Shown here: piece after piece, positions 42,398-51,343 of the stretch | Numbering within the stretch: the first letter of the stretch is position 1 | How the letters are laid out: every line of letters starts with the position of its first letter | NCBI GenBank assembly: GCA_021789495.1 | Contig: JAJYJM010000002.1 | Location: 26,399-90,398, forward strand | DNA: 64,000 nt | Source: Nitrospirota bacterium | GTDB lineage: Bacteria > Nitrospirota > JACRHJ01 | Reading direction: 5' to 3' | Notes under the pieces: model-generated | The model's database searches: none | Told to the model about the DNA's origin: nothing | What the model saw: only the letters and a program-made list of their open reading frames with translations | Position numbers and translations under genes: made by a program

Positions 42398-42458
42398 ACA
42401 CTCGCGCTGGGATTAAAACCCATTTTTTTATGGCCCACCGGGCCGGGAGGAAAGAGGA

Positions 42459-42809
42459 ATGAAGAAGATTCTCGCAGCACTGATTATGGCCATGCTTTTG
42501 GCCGCCCCGTTATCCATGGCTTTCGCGCAGGACCAGAACGCCGCCCCTGCCGCCAAGACTGCGGTTAAGAAGAAAGTAAAGAAAGCCAAGAAAAAGGCCG
42601 TCAAAAAGGCAAAGAAGGCAAAGAAAAGGGTAGTCAGGAAGGCCAAAAAGGCAAAGAAGGCCAAAAAGGCCATGAAGAAGGGCAAGAAGGCCGCCAAGAA
42701 GGGCAAGAAGGCTGTCAAGAAGGGCAAGAAGGCAATGAAGAAGGGCAAGAAGGCAATGAAGAAGGGCAAGAAGGCTGTCAAGAAGGCAAAGAAGGAAGAG
42801 AAGAAGTAA
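42459..42809 (+). CDS. Exported, extremely Lys/Ala-rich small protein (Asr- or histone H1-like composition)
   Basis: Sec signal MKKILAALIMAMLLAAPLSMAFA followed by KKAKK/KKGKKA repeats. Good RBS (GAGGA). Confidence 0.8.
   Translation: MKKILAALIMAMLLAAPLSMAFAQDQNAAPAAKTAVKKKVKKAKKKAVKKAKKAKKRVVRKAKKAKKAKKAMKKGKKAAKKGKKAVKKGKKAMKKGKKAMKKGKKAVKKAKKEEKK
42675..42779 (+). repeat. Five tandem 21-bp coding repeats (KKGKKA[A/V/M])
   Basis: aagaagggcaagaaggc-NNNN repeated five times. Confidence 0.9.
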
Positions 42810-43057
42810 GCTCCTTTCCGGGGGACCTTCCCAGCGCGCGACGGTCCCCGGGAAAGCGCGGTCGGCCACAGTTATACTGATAAAGGCCGGGGCTTCCATA
42901 ACTGGCAGTCCCGGCCCCCGGCCCTCCGGCCGGAAAGCAATCGGTCAATAGCCGTCGCAGGATTTTCAAGCCGGCGCTCCACCGCCATCCGGCAACAGGT
43001 CTCGCATCACATAAACCTCCTCAAACCAATACCTTCGAGCTTCCGGCACGTTTCCGG

Positions 43058-43086
43058 TGTAAACCTTCTCCTCTCTCATACGTCTA
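43058..43086 (+). promoter_or_regulatory. ECF sigma promoter (probably autoregulatory)
   Basis: TGTAAACC-N15-CGTCTA upstream of the ECF sigma gene. Confidence 0.75.
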
Positions 43087-43229
43087 TAAGTAATAATTCC
43101 GAGAGTCCCGGCGCCAGGTTTTCTTGAAGTAAAGGCCCCGAATGAAGTATAATAACTCGTAAAAGGGGCCGGGTTATTTACGGCTTAATCGGGTTTAACA
43201 GGCGCGGCTGTTTAATAGAAGGAAACCAT

Positions 43230-44072
43230 ATGCTGGAAGAGACTGCGGCTGGTCAATCGGCCCTGATCGCGCCGAAACCGGCTGGCGGGATGCTTGGCGG
43301 AGAGGCGGACACGACCGACAGGCCGTTCGACTTTGCGGGCGTGCCTGACGGGGCCGGGGGGGTTGGGGAAGAGGCCGGGGTTGTCTCCGCGCCGTTTGAT
43401 GCGGCGGACGGCGATGGGTCGACGGGCAGCGTGCGGGCATCGGGTTTTGGCCTGCGCCGCGCAAGAGAGCCGGGACAGGCCGGGATGGCCCCGAACGAAC
43501 AGGAGCTTGTCGAGGCTTCGAGGAACGGGGACCCGGAGGCGTTCGGCGCGCTCGTGAAGATGTACATGCCACGGGCGCTCGCATTCGCCCGGCAGATGAC
43601 CGGTAACGCCGACGACGCCCAGGACCTCGCCCAGGACGCCTTCATAAAGGCGTACAAGGCGCTGAACTCCTTCAAGGGCGGCTCGTCGTTTTACACTTGG
43701 TTTATCAGGATACTGTCGAACGTCTGCCTGGACTTTCTCCGCAAACGGACGTTCATCAAAAAGCTTTTCTTTTTTGCCGCCCCCGATGAAGAGGAGGACG
43801 GGCATGACGCGGTCGATCAGGCGCCGGATTGTTCCCGCTCGATAAACCCGGACATGCCCCTGGAGCAGAAGGAACTCCGGGCGGCCCTCAAAAAGGCGCT
43901 TTTGTCGCTGCCTCCGAGGCAGAGGGTTGTATTCCTTATGAAGCACGAGGAAGACCTGAAGCTTTCCGAAATAGCGGCGGCCCTGAGAATAAGTGAAGGC
44001 GCCGTCAAGGCTCACCTCTTCAGGGCGGTTGAGACCTTGAAAAAGGGTATGAAAGGGTATCGTTATGGATGA
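43230..44072 (+). CDS. ECF RNA polymerase sigma factor
   Basis: DAQDLAQDAFIKAY, SSFYTWFIRILSN, and region 4 LPPRQR...EIAAAL.ISEGAVKAHLFRA. Has a long low-complexity N-terminus; alternative start near 43486. Confidence 0.92.
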   Translation: MLEETAAGQSALIAPKPAGGMLGGEADTTDRPFDFAGVPDGAGGVGEEAGVVSAPFDAADGDGSTGSVRASGFGLRRAREPGQAGMAPNEQELVEASRNGDPEAFGALVKMYMPRALAFARQMTGNADDAQDLAQDAFIKAYKALNSFKGGSSFYTWFIRILSNVCLDFLRKRTFIKKLFFFAAPDEEEDGHDAVDQAPDCSRSINPDMPLEQKELRAALKKALLSLPPRQRVVFLMKHEEDLKLSEIAAALRISEGAVKAHLFRAVETLKKGMKGYRYG

Positions 44073-44646
44073 CAGGTTTTTATGTGACTTCAGCGAGAAG
44101 CTGATACTATACCACTACGGAGAGCTCTCAAGAGAGCAGGCCTCCGAGGTCGCCGCGCATGTGCTTTCCTGCGCCCCCTGCCGGAAGGAGCTCGACGACA
44201 TTTCCTTTGCGCTCTCCAGCGTTCCGGGGCCGGTAACCCCAACCTCCGGCGAGAGTTATGCCGCCGCCAAGGGCGTTATGCGCAGACTTTTCCGAAAGCC
44301 GTCCGCATTCAGGAAGTTCGTCCCCGTCTACATCACCGCCGCGGCAGCGATAGCCGCCGTATTGATAGCATTGTATCTGCCCGGTTTTAATACAACAAAA
44401 CAGCCGATGCAGGCCCAGGCGGTCAAGGCCCCTGCGCCGGTAGACTGGGAAGTCCTGAATAATATCGACGTAATAGACGACCTCGACGTCATACACCAGA
44501 TAGACCAGAGCGGTCTGGACGAACTGGGGCCGATAAGGGAATCGCGGCACAGTGCCGGTGCAAGGATGGCCGACAAGGGGCCTGTCAAGGCGGGAATCAG
44601 CGCGGACGGCGGGCGTCCGGAGATTGCCGAGGCTAACGGGGGCTGA
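44065..44646 (+). CDS. Zinc-finger (HxxxCxxC) transmembrane anti-sigma factor
   Basis: HVLSCAPC and a single TM helix. Overlaps the sigma stop. Confidence 0.85.
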   Translation: MDDRFLCDFSEKLILYHYGELSREQASEVAAHVLSCAPCRKELDDISFALSSVPGPVTPTSGESYAAAKGVMRRLFRKPSAFRKFVPVYITAAAAIAAVLIALYLPGFNTTKQPMQAQAVKAPAPVDWEVLNNIDVIDDLDVIHQIDQSGLDELGPIRESRHSAGARMADKGPVKAGISADGGRPEIAEANGG

Positions 44647-44706
44647 GCCGTGCGGCTTAAAAGGGAAGTCCGGCGTGTTTTTAAGCCCCCGGCGCGAAGA
44701 TTGGGG

Positions 44707-45378
44707 ATGATGTCTATAAAAAAACTCGCAATCGCGGCCCTGTTTGTCGGGCTGTCTATTTCTGTTCCGGCTTTTGCGGCGCAGGTCCAGGCCCTGCCCG
44801 TAAACGCAAATAAAACGCCTCCGTCCCATAAAAGCCGGGCGGGCGGGCGTCCGGTGCATATCGTCCGTTACAGGCGTCTTAAGAGAAGGACGTTAAAAGA
44901 CCGTTGGGAATCCCTCTCCCCGCGCGAGCAGCAGGACCTTCTGGAAAACTATGAGATATGGAGGACTATGTCCCCGGCGAGGCGTAGGCGCCTCAGGAGG
45001 GCATACCGCCTGTTTAACTCGCTGCCGCCCGCCAGGAGACAGGAACTCCGGGACAAATACGAAAAGATGAAGACCCTACCCCCGGAAGAGCGCGCGAAGG
45101 TGATGGGCAAGGTGGAGCGCTGGCGGGAGATGACGCCGCAGGAGAAGCAGGCATACAGGGACGGCATCACCAGGTTCAACGCCCTGCCGCCTGAGAAACA
45201 GCTCAAAATTCGTTCCCAGCTTCGGGTGCTTAAGTCCCTCCCCCCACGCGAGCGAGCCAGGCGGCGCGAAGTGATAAGGCGGGAACTCGCCCGCCAAGGC
45301 ATAATAATCCCCCGCAGGAAAACCGCCGGACAGACCCGAAAGCCCGCAGTAAAACCCGTGCAAAAGGCGTCAAGGTAA
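44707..45378 (+). CDS. DUF3106-like exported helical-repeat protein
   Basis: Signal peptide and repeats W/F-xx-L/M-S/P/T-P-x-x-R/K/Q. Confidence 0.8.
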   Translation: MMSIKKLAIAALFVGLSISVPAFAAQVQALPVNANKTPPSHKSRAGGRPVHIVRYRRLKRRTLKDRWESLSPREQQDLLENYEIWRTMSPARRRRLRRAYRLFNSLPPARRQELRDKYEKMKTLPPEERAKVMGKVERWREMTPQEKQAYRDGITRFNALPPEKQLKIRSQLRVLKSLPPRERARRREVIRRELARQGIIIPRRKTAGQTRKPAVKPVQKASR

Positions 45379-45385
45379 AAACAAA

Positions 45386-45886
45386 TTAATGCGCCTGCAC
45401 GGGCGCGAGAGGCGCCCGCATTACGAACGGCCCGGATACCTTGCCGACCATGTAAAGACACCGCCTGGTATCGTCGAGCATCATCCCGATGCCCTTCTGC
45501 CAGCTCACGGCCCCGCCTGGATGGTTCGCCGCTCCATATGCCGCGCCTTTACCGTTCCCTATCAGCGCAAGAAGCGCGAGGTTGATCTGGTCGAGATTCC
45601 GGACCAGGAGCCTGAAAAGCCCCCTCTGGTCCCTCGGAAGGACCTTGAGGCCCAGCCTGCGCAGGTTGTCTATGGCCGCCCGCCTTGCCGTAATCCTGTC
45701 AGCCGCCGCCTTCAGCTTCCGCGCGTCCATTGCCCTGGCGCCGCCTGCGCCGTGCATATCCACCTTTATGGCCTCATAATCACTTTGTGTAGCGTCGAGG
45801 AGATTGGAAATCCTGCTTTCAGCGTGCGCGGTAGCGGCAAGGGAAGCAAATGCCAGTACCGATACAAAAAAAGCCTGATACTTCAT
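45386..45886 (-). CDS. Hypothetical exported protein
   Basis: AAGGAGG RBS before ATG 45886 and a signal peptide ending AHA. Confidence 0.65.
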   Translation of the reverse strand: MKYQAFFVSVLAFASLAATAHAESRISNLLDATQSDYEAIKVDMHGAGGARAMDARKLKAAADRITARRAAIDNLRRLGLKVLPRDQRGLFRLLVRNLDQINLALLALIGNGKGAAYGAANHPGGAVSWQKGIGMMLDDTRRCLYMVGKVSGPFVMRAPLAPVQAH

Positions 45887-46274
45887 CGCCGCCTCCTTTC
45901 TTGAAACCGGGATATTCGCAGACCCAAAGAGGCATAGGCCCGTCAAGGGTAAAGTACGCCGTCTTTAAGTCGTGCCGAAAATCCGTTTTTCGACTTTTTG
46001 CCGGAGATTTCGTATTGCTTTTTGTTTGTAAAATGGAACGCCCAGAGGTTGATTCCGGGGTCTATAGGGAGTATAATATCCGTGTTTCTTTCAAAGAACG
46101 TTTTACTACCGTAGACGTGGTTATAAGTATAATGCCTTTTCATTGCCTGGTCAAGTACTATGTTTTGCAGTAATTTCAACGAGATAGACATTAAATAAAA
46201 TTAATTATTATTTTCTTGCCGCGAGCTGTTCGTTGAGGCTATTATCTCACGGGGGGGGCAGGAAAGGGATAAAA

Positions 46275-47009
46275 TTGAAAGATCTCAAAATAGATTTTCA
46301 TATTCACTCGAAGGAAGACCCGCACGACTTCCTTAGAAACGACGCCTACAAGATTATCGACATTATGGCGGCCAGGGGATTCGATGCAATCGCCATTACG
46401 AACCATAACCGGTTCACCTGGTCGGAGCGGCTCCGGGACTACGCTAAAGAGAGAGGCGTAATATTGATACGCGGGGTCGAGCGCACGATAAAACGAAGGC
46501 ACGTCCTGCTTATAAATTTCCCAGGAGAAATAAGCGATTACCGCACCTTGAACGATGTCGAAGGGGCAAAAAGAGAGGATAACCTTGTAATCGCCGCGCA
46601 TCCGTACTTCCCGATGCCGACGGCCTCCGGGATTCTCCTCGACAGCCGCCCGGAGGTGTTCGACGCCGTGGAATACTGCCATTATTACGTAAAGAACTTA
46701 AACTTCAACAACTGGGCGGTATCGCGCGCCTTTGAGATGGGAAAGCCGCTCATCGGCAACTCGGACGCGCACGTAACGCGTCAGATTGGCCGGACTTATT
46801 CTATTGTAAAGGCTGAGAAAAATCCTGAGGCGATAATCCGGGCGATAAAGGAAGGCCGGGTGAAGGTCGTAAGCCGCCCGTACCGCGCCGCCCAGCTTTT
46901 GCGCATATCCTCGGTAATCTCCATAAGGAACTTCCACGGCAGGATGAAATGCCTCATAAAGAACGGCAGATACGGCTACCGGGGCGAGGCGGACACGCTG
47001 CCGGACTGA
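46275..47009 (+). CDS. PHP-domain metal-dependent phosphoesterase
   Basis: DFHIHS, AITNHN, GVE, AAHP and GNSDAH. The TTG start is inferred. Confidence 0.88.
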   Translation: MKDLKIDFHIHSKEDPHDFLRNDAYKIIDIMAARGFDAIAITNHNRFTWSERLRDYAKERGVILIRGVERTIKRRHVLLINFPGEISDYRTLNDVEGAKREDNLVIAAHPYFPMPTASGILLDSRPEVFDAVEYCHYYVKNLNFNNWAVSRAFEMGKPLIGNSDAHVTRQIGRTYSIVKAEKNPEAIIRAIKEGRVKVVSRPYRAAQLLRISSVISIRNFHGRMKCLIKNGRYGYRGEADTLPD

Positions 47010-47150
47010 GCGGAACTGCTTGATTTCCTGTCCTTTTCAGCCTGTCAGTCTGGGGAAGCCCAAGCCCTTAGGGCGTGTCGTCGGCATCCTTAAGACCCGC
47101 CTTTCTCTGAACCTTTTCCCGTCCCGGTAGAAGAAAAGGTTCGGCCCGCG

Positions 47151-47308
47151 CTGGACAAAAAAGTTTACTCCCTGCGCCCCCTTTTCGCCGCGAAACCCGC
47201 CCGTTTCGCTGTAAAAACCACCCCGAAACAAAGCCGCAGATGCCCCGTTTAAAAAAATAGGGACACACCCTATATTTTTCATCGGTTTTTATTTTCATCC
47301 GGTCGGCC
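47151..47308 (-). repeat. Dispersed ~150-bp intergenic element, copy B
   Basis: The reverse complement is colinear with 660-815. Confidence 0.75.
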
Positions 47309-47328
47309 ATTGAATATGATAAGTTGTT

Positions 47329-47434
47329 GGGTTCCCGCTTTCGCGGGAATGACGGGGAACATCCGGACGCAATAAATTGCGTCCCTACAATGGCGGGCAA
47401 AAAGGCAGATTCTTCGGCGGAGCCTCAGAATGAC
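47329..47434. repeat. Cluster of three different REP-like palindromes
   Basis: GGGTTCCCGCTTTCGCGGGAATGAC; GGACGCAATAAATTGCGTCCCTAC (GTAG end); AGATTCTTCGGCGGAGCCTCAGAATGAC. Confidence 0.75.
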
Positions 47435-47515
47435 AAGGGGGGGGTGATGCGGTTCGGAACAGGCCGCGCAGGGTGCTCGAGTGGACAATGCCCCTGCAAC
47501 GCGGGCGACCTGGCG

Positions 47516-48505
47516 TTATAAGAGTTTTTCCGCCGCGAGGGCGGCGAGGAAGTCTATGAAGGCGGGATCGTCGTCCAGACTCTTCGTCCTTTCGTATTTC
47601 ATGCCGAGCGATGAGGCGAGGGACTTCTGGAGGACGTCGCAGTCGTAGAGCGTCTCGACGTTTTCGGCGACGAAGCTTATGGGCACGATCAGGACTCCGC
47701 GCGCGCCGGAGGCGGCTGCGGCCTTTATCTCCTCGTCCGTCTCAGGCTTCAGCCATTCCATGCCCGTACGCCCTTTGCTCTGGAAACCGACGTGCGTCCG
47801 TATCTCCCCAAGCTCTTCCTGGAGCATCGAGGCGGTGCAGAGGACATGATCTAAGTACGGGTCTCCTCTGCTTATCAGCTCCTCCGGGAGGCTGTGCGCG
47901 GAGAATATCACGGACAGCACCGGCAGACCGGCCTCGGGGCCGCCGGCACCGGGTTCCGGCGTGGTCTCAGTAAGCCTCTTCAGCGCGTCGTGCATCCTTC
48001 CCGACAGAAGCGCCGTGAACCGGGGATCGGCTCCGAATCCTTCGTAATAGACAATCTCCGGCGGGTTTGGGTCTTTTTCCGCCAGGGCCTTTAAGGCGCC
48101 GAAGCCGGAGCCGGTTATCGCGGGCGAGAAGTGCGGGTATAGCGGAATGGCCAACAACTTTCCAATGCCGTCCCCTTTTATTTTCCGGTAAGTATCCCGT
48201 ATGGAGGGCATTGTATACCTGTTGGCGTGGTATACGGAGACGTCCCTGTCCTTCAGCGCCGTCCGAAGCGCGGCGGCCTGTCTTTCGGTAATCGCGTCCA
48301 TTGGAGAGCCGCCGCCGATAGCCTGGTATTTCTCCTTCACCGGCTCCTTTCGCATCGTGGCGACATACAGCGCGAGCAGGGGGCGTATCGGCCCCGGTGC
48401 CGGAAGGATATGCGGGTCCATGAAGAGCTTCATCAGGTACGGGAACACCCCCCGCACGTCGGACGGGTCTCCCATGGTCATAAGAAGGACGGCTTTGTTA
48501 TTCAT
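47516..48505 (-). CDS. hemH: Ferrochelatase (possibly coproporphyrin-type)
   Basis: LLMTMGDP, Y.AIGGGSP, PLYPHFS, FSAHSLP, GDPY, FQS...WLKP and ETLYD. Confidence 0.93.
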   Translation of the reverse strand: MNNKAVLLMTMGDPSDVRGVFPYLMKLFMDPHILPAPGPIRPLLALYVATMRKEPVKEKYQAIGGGSPMDAITERQAAALRTALKDRDVSVYHANRYTMPSIRDTYRKIKGDGIGKLLAIPLYPHFSPAITGSGFGALKALAEKDPNPPEIVYYEGFGADPRFTALLSGRMHDALKRLTETTPEPGAGGPEAGLPVLSVIFSAHSLPEELISRGDPYLDHVLCTASMLQEELGEIRTHVGFQSKGRTGMEWLKPETDEEIKAAAASGARGVLIVPISFVAENVETLYDCDVLQKSLASSLGMKYERTKSLDDDPAFIDFLAALAAEKLL

Positions 48506-49548
48506 TTTACCCGGTGGCTCTCACCGTGCTCGTGGACGAAATCGACCAGCGCCTTCACGTGCTCCGGCGGGGTCTCCGGGATTATGCCGTGGCCGAGGTT
48601 GAATACGTGCCCCGTGTCGCCCGCGGCGGCCAGAATCTCCTTCACCCGCTTCTCGATCTCCGGGATGGGCGCGAGAAGGAATATCGGGTCCATGTTGCCC
48701 TGGACGGCCTTCCTACCGACCTGGTTTCTGGCAGCGGCGATGTCGATGCGCCAGTCTATGCCTATGACGTCCCCGCCCGCCTGCGCGACGAGCGGCAGGA
48801 ATCCCTGGCTGTTCCCGACGAAGTTGATTACCGGAACCTTGTCGCCTTCAGGGGATGTTTTTATGCCCTGTATGACGAGCCTGGTATACGGCATGACGAA
48901 GTTCAGGTAATCCGCCGGAGAGAGCACGCCGCCCCATGTGTCGAAGATCTGTATCGCCTGCGCGCCAGCGTCAACCTGCGCGTTCAGATACTTTATTACC
49001 GTCTCCGTGAGCTTCTCCATCAGGGAGCGATATACCTTCGGCGCGCTCCACATCATGGTCTTTAAGTTCTGGAAGCTCCTGCTTCCGCCGCCCTCGACCA
49101 TGTAGCTCGCAAGCGTAAAAGGCGCGCCCGCGAAGCCGATAAGCGGCACGTTGCAAGATTCAAGTTCGCGCCGGAGCATTTTTACCGTCTCCGGGACGAA
49201 CGGCACGTCCGCCTCAGGGTCGATTACCCGGAGCGCGTCCACGTCGGCCTGCGTGCGGATTGGTTTCTCGAAGACGGGAGCAGGGTTGAAATCGAGTTTT
49301 GCCCCCATCGCCTCGACGGGGATTAATATGTCGGAGAAGAGTATCGCGGCGTCGATGCCGAACTTGTCTATCGGCTGGAGCGTCACCTCCGTGCAAAGCT
49401 CCGGGGACTTGCAGAGCGTCAGGAAGTCCACCTTCGCGCGGACGGCGCGGTATTCCTCCATGTAGCGCCCCGCCTGGCGCATGAGCCATACGGGCGTCCT
49501 GTCCACGGGCTTGGAAAAGCAGGCGTTGATGAAGCGGTAATCGGACAT
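48502..49548 (-). CDS. hemE: Uroporphyrinogen decarboxylase
   Basis: PVWLMRQAGRY, AAILFSDIL, QIFDTW and FNLGHG. Confidence 0.97.
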   Translation of the reverse strand: MSDYRFINACFSKPVDRTPVWLMRQAGRYMEEYRAVRAKVDFLTLCKSPELCTEVTLQPIDKFGIDAAILFSDILIPVEAMGAKLDFNPAPVFEKPIRTQADVDALRVIDPEADVPFVPETVKMLRRELESCNVPLIGFAGAPFTLASYMVEGGGSRSFQNLKTMMWSAPKVYRSLMEKLTETVIKYLNAQVDAGAQAIQIFDTWGGVLSPADYLNFVMPYTRLVIQGIKTSPEGDKVPVINFVGNSQGFLPLVAQAGGDVIGIDWRIDIAAARNQVGRKAVQGNMDPIFLLAPIPEIEKRVKEILAAAGDTGHVFNLGHGIIPETPPEHVKALVDFVHEHGESHRVK

Positions 49549-49758
49549 TTATGCCACCTTCTGCGATTTTATCTCGTACTGGATGCCCTTGGGGTCTGCA
49601 ACCTTCTGCGATGCGTCAAGTATTTCTATCGAGATTATTTTCCCATTTTTGCCATAATCTACAATGACGCCTTCTCTGATTTCATCGCTTTCTACGATTG
49701 ATTCGTCGGAAAGGATGAAATCGACTATATCGTTTTCAGGGTCATAAATTACCTTCAT
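49549..49758 (-). CDS. DUF2283-family small protein (putative antitoxin)
   Basis: MKVIYDPENDIV...ESDEI..GVIVDY...G.I..IEILDAS. Confidence 0.85.
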   Translation of the reverse strand: MKVIYDPENDIVDFILSDESIVESDEIREGVIVDYGKNGKIISIEILDASQKVADPKGIQYEIKSQKVA

Positions 49759-50024
49759 TTTGAATCCTCCTTCCAGTATTTATCGAACTTGGAAGTTTTA
49801 TAAACCGTAACAACTTTAAAAGTTATTCGTTCTTTAATGCCTATAACCCGGAGAACCATTTTTTTGTTCAGTTGCGGGTCAAAATATTTCCCCTGCAATA
49901 TTACCCGCCCACCCCTTGAAGGAATGACCAGCGTTGGTTCGTTAACAACGGCGAACAGAACCTCTTTTGAAATTCCCCTTCTGCCCATCTCAAACAGGGC
50001 GTGGTCAGAAAGGATTATTTCCAT
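49755..50024 (-). CDS. DUF4258-family protein (putative RelE/BrnT-like toxin)
   Basis: LSDHALFEM.RRGIS....V..P and LRV......VVTVY. Confidence 0.8.
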   Translation of the reverse strand: MEIILSDHALFEMGRRGISKEVLFAVVNEPTLVIPSRGGRVILQGKYFDPQLNKKMVLRVIGIKERITFKVVTVYKTSKFDKYWKEDSK

Positions 50025-51109
50025 TATTTGTTTGCCCTATCCTTCCTCATCCTCGCCGGGGTGTAATTGCAGAACGGCTCTTCCTGCAAGTAATCGCCTG
50101 AGATTGCGTCGGCCCGCGCGCGGCAGCCGCCGCAGACGTTTATGTATTCGCACACTCCGCACTTGCCCTTGTATTTTTTGAAGTCCCGTAGCTCCTGGAA
50201 TAAGGGCGCACTCTCCCAAATCTCTTTGAACGGCGTCTTCTTGACGTTCCCCGCCGAGTGCGGGAAATAACTGCACGGGTACACCTCGCCCTCGGCGGTG
50301 ATGAGGCATATAACCTGGCCCGCCAGACAGCCTTTCGAGCCGCCGGTGGAGAACTTCAGCGTCCTGCGCTCCAGCTTGTCCCCTTCTTCGGCCAGCTTGT
50401 TCATCTGCGGCACGATGCGGTAGTAATGCGGCGCGCAGGTCGGGCGCATGAGGATGTCGGTCTCGTGCTTTTCCGTTTCATAGTGCCACTTCAGAAGCTC
50501 CTCGTAGTCCTCCTTGCTGATAAGCTCGGACATTATCTCCTCGCCCCGGCCTGTCGGGACGATCATGAACATGTACCACGCCTTCGCGCCAAGGGACTTG
50601 GCGAGCTTCATCACTTCCGGGATCTCTTTCTGGTTCCTCTTCGTAAAGGAGGAGTTTATCAGGAACTCGATGCCGTGCTTGTTGAAGAGCGATGCGGCGC
50701 GAACGACGCCCTCGAACGCCCCCGGCTGGCCTCTGAAATTATCGTGGACAGCCGAATTGGAGCCGTCGAGGCTCATGGACACCATCTTGATTTTGGCCTC
50801 TTTCATCTTCCCGCATATCTCGTCCGTGACGAGGAAGCCGTTCGTGGCGATGCACATCCGAAGGCCGAGCGATGTTCCGTGCGAGGCTATCTCGAAGAGG
50901 TCGGGCCTGAGGAGCGGCTCCCCGCCGGAGAGGACTATCACCGGGGAGGCGAAGGCGGCTATGTCGCCAAGGAGCTTCTTCGCCTCGGCGGTATCGAAGG
51001 CCGTGTCGAAGGAATTTACCCCTGAGGCGGAGCGGCAGTGGACACAGCTCAGGTTGCATCGGCGTGTAACCTCCCATGCTATCCACTTCGGGACAAAATC
51101 CATGTTCAT
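50024..51109 (-). CDS. ahbD: Radical SAM/SPASM heme biosynthesis protein (AhbD/NirJ-like)
   Basis: [35 protein letters not shown] and [22 protein letters not shown]. Co-operonic with hemE and hemH. Confidence 0.75.
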   Translation of the reverse strand: MNMDFVPKWIAWEVTRRCNLSCVHCRSASGVNSFDTAFDTAEAKKLLGDIAAFASPVIVLSGGEPLLRPDLFEIASHGTSLGLRMCIATNGFLVTDEICGKMKEAKIKMVSMSLDGSNSAVHDNFRGQPGAFEGVVRAASLFNKHGIEFLINSSFTKRNQKEIPEVMKLAKSLGAKAWYMFMIVPTGRGEEIMSELISKEDYEELLKWHYETEKHETDILMRPTCAPHYYRIVPQMNKLAEEGDKLERRTLKFSTGGSKGCLAGQVICLITAEGEVYPCSYFPHSAGNVKKTPFKEIWESAPLFQELRDFKKYKGKCGVCEYINVCGGCRARADAISGDYLQEEPFCNYTPARMRKDRANK

Positions 51110-51270
51110 AACATAAATCTCCGGGAAAAACTCTGGAAATGCGTGGGGTTAATATAACACAGGCGGGCGGGCGAAAGCAACTCAAATCGGGGCGGGGCAA
51201 GACTGTGCGCCAGGCGCAATTTCCTCTTTAAATTAAGGTTTTTCTGGTATACTTATTTTGAAAAGCCGAT

Positions 51271-51295
51271 GGATTCCCGTTTTCACGGGAATGAC
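51271..51295. repeat. REP-like palindrome (ATTCCC-N8-GGGAAT-GAC family)
   Basis: GGATTCCCGTTTTCACGGGAATGAC. Confidence 0.75.
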
Positions 51296-51343
51296 GTTTG
51301 CCCGGGATTTGCGGGGGCATGAAACCTGCGAGGGAGGGCTGTC

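Noticed and set aside
42675-42779. Tandem repeats as a CRISPR array
   Set aside because: There are no spacers; these are in-frame coding repeats.
46113-46145. Third ECF promoter (CGTCTA on the minus strand) upstream of 45886
   Set aside because: There is no TGTAAACC at the 15-nt spacing.
45943-46191. 82-aa minus ORF in AT-rich DNA
   Set aside because: It has no recognisable motif or clear RBS and is probably divergent promoter DNA.
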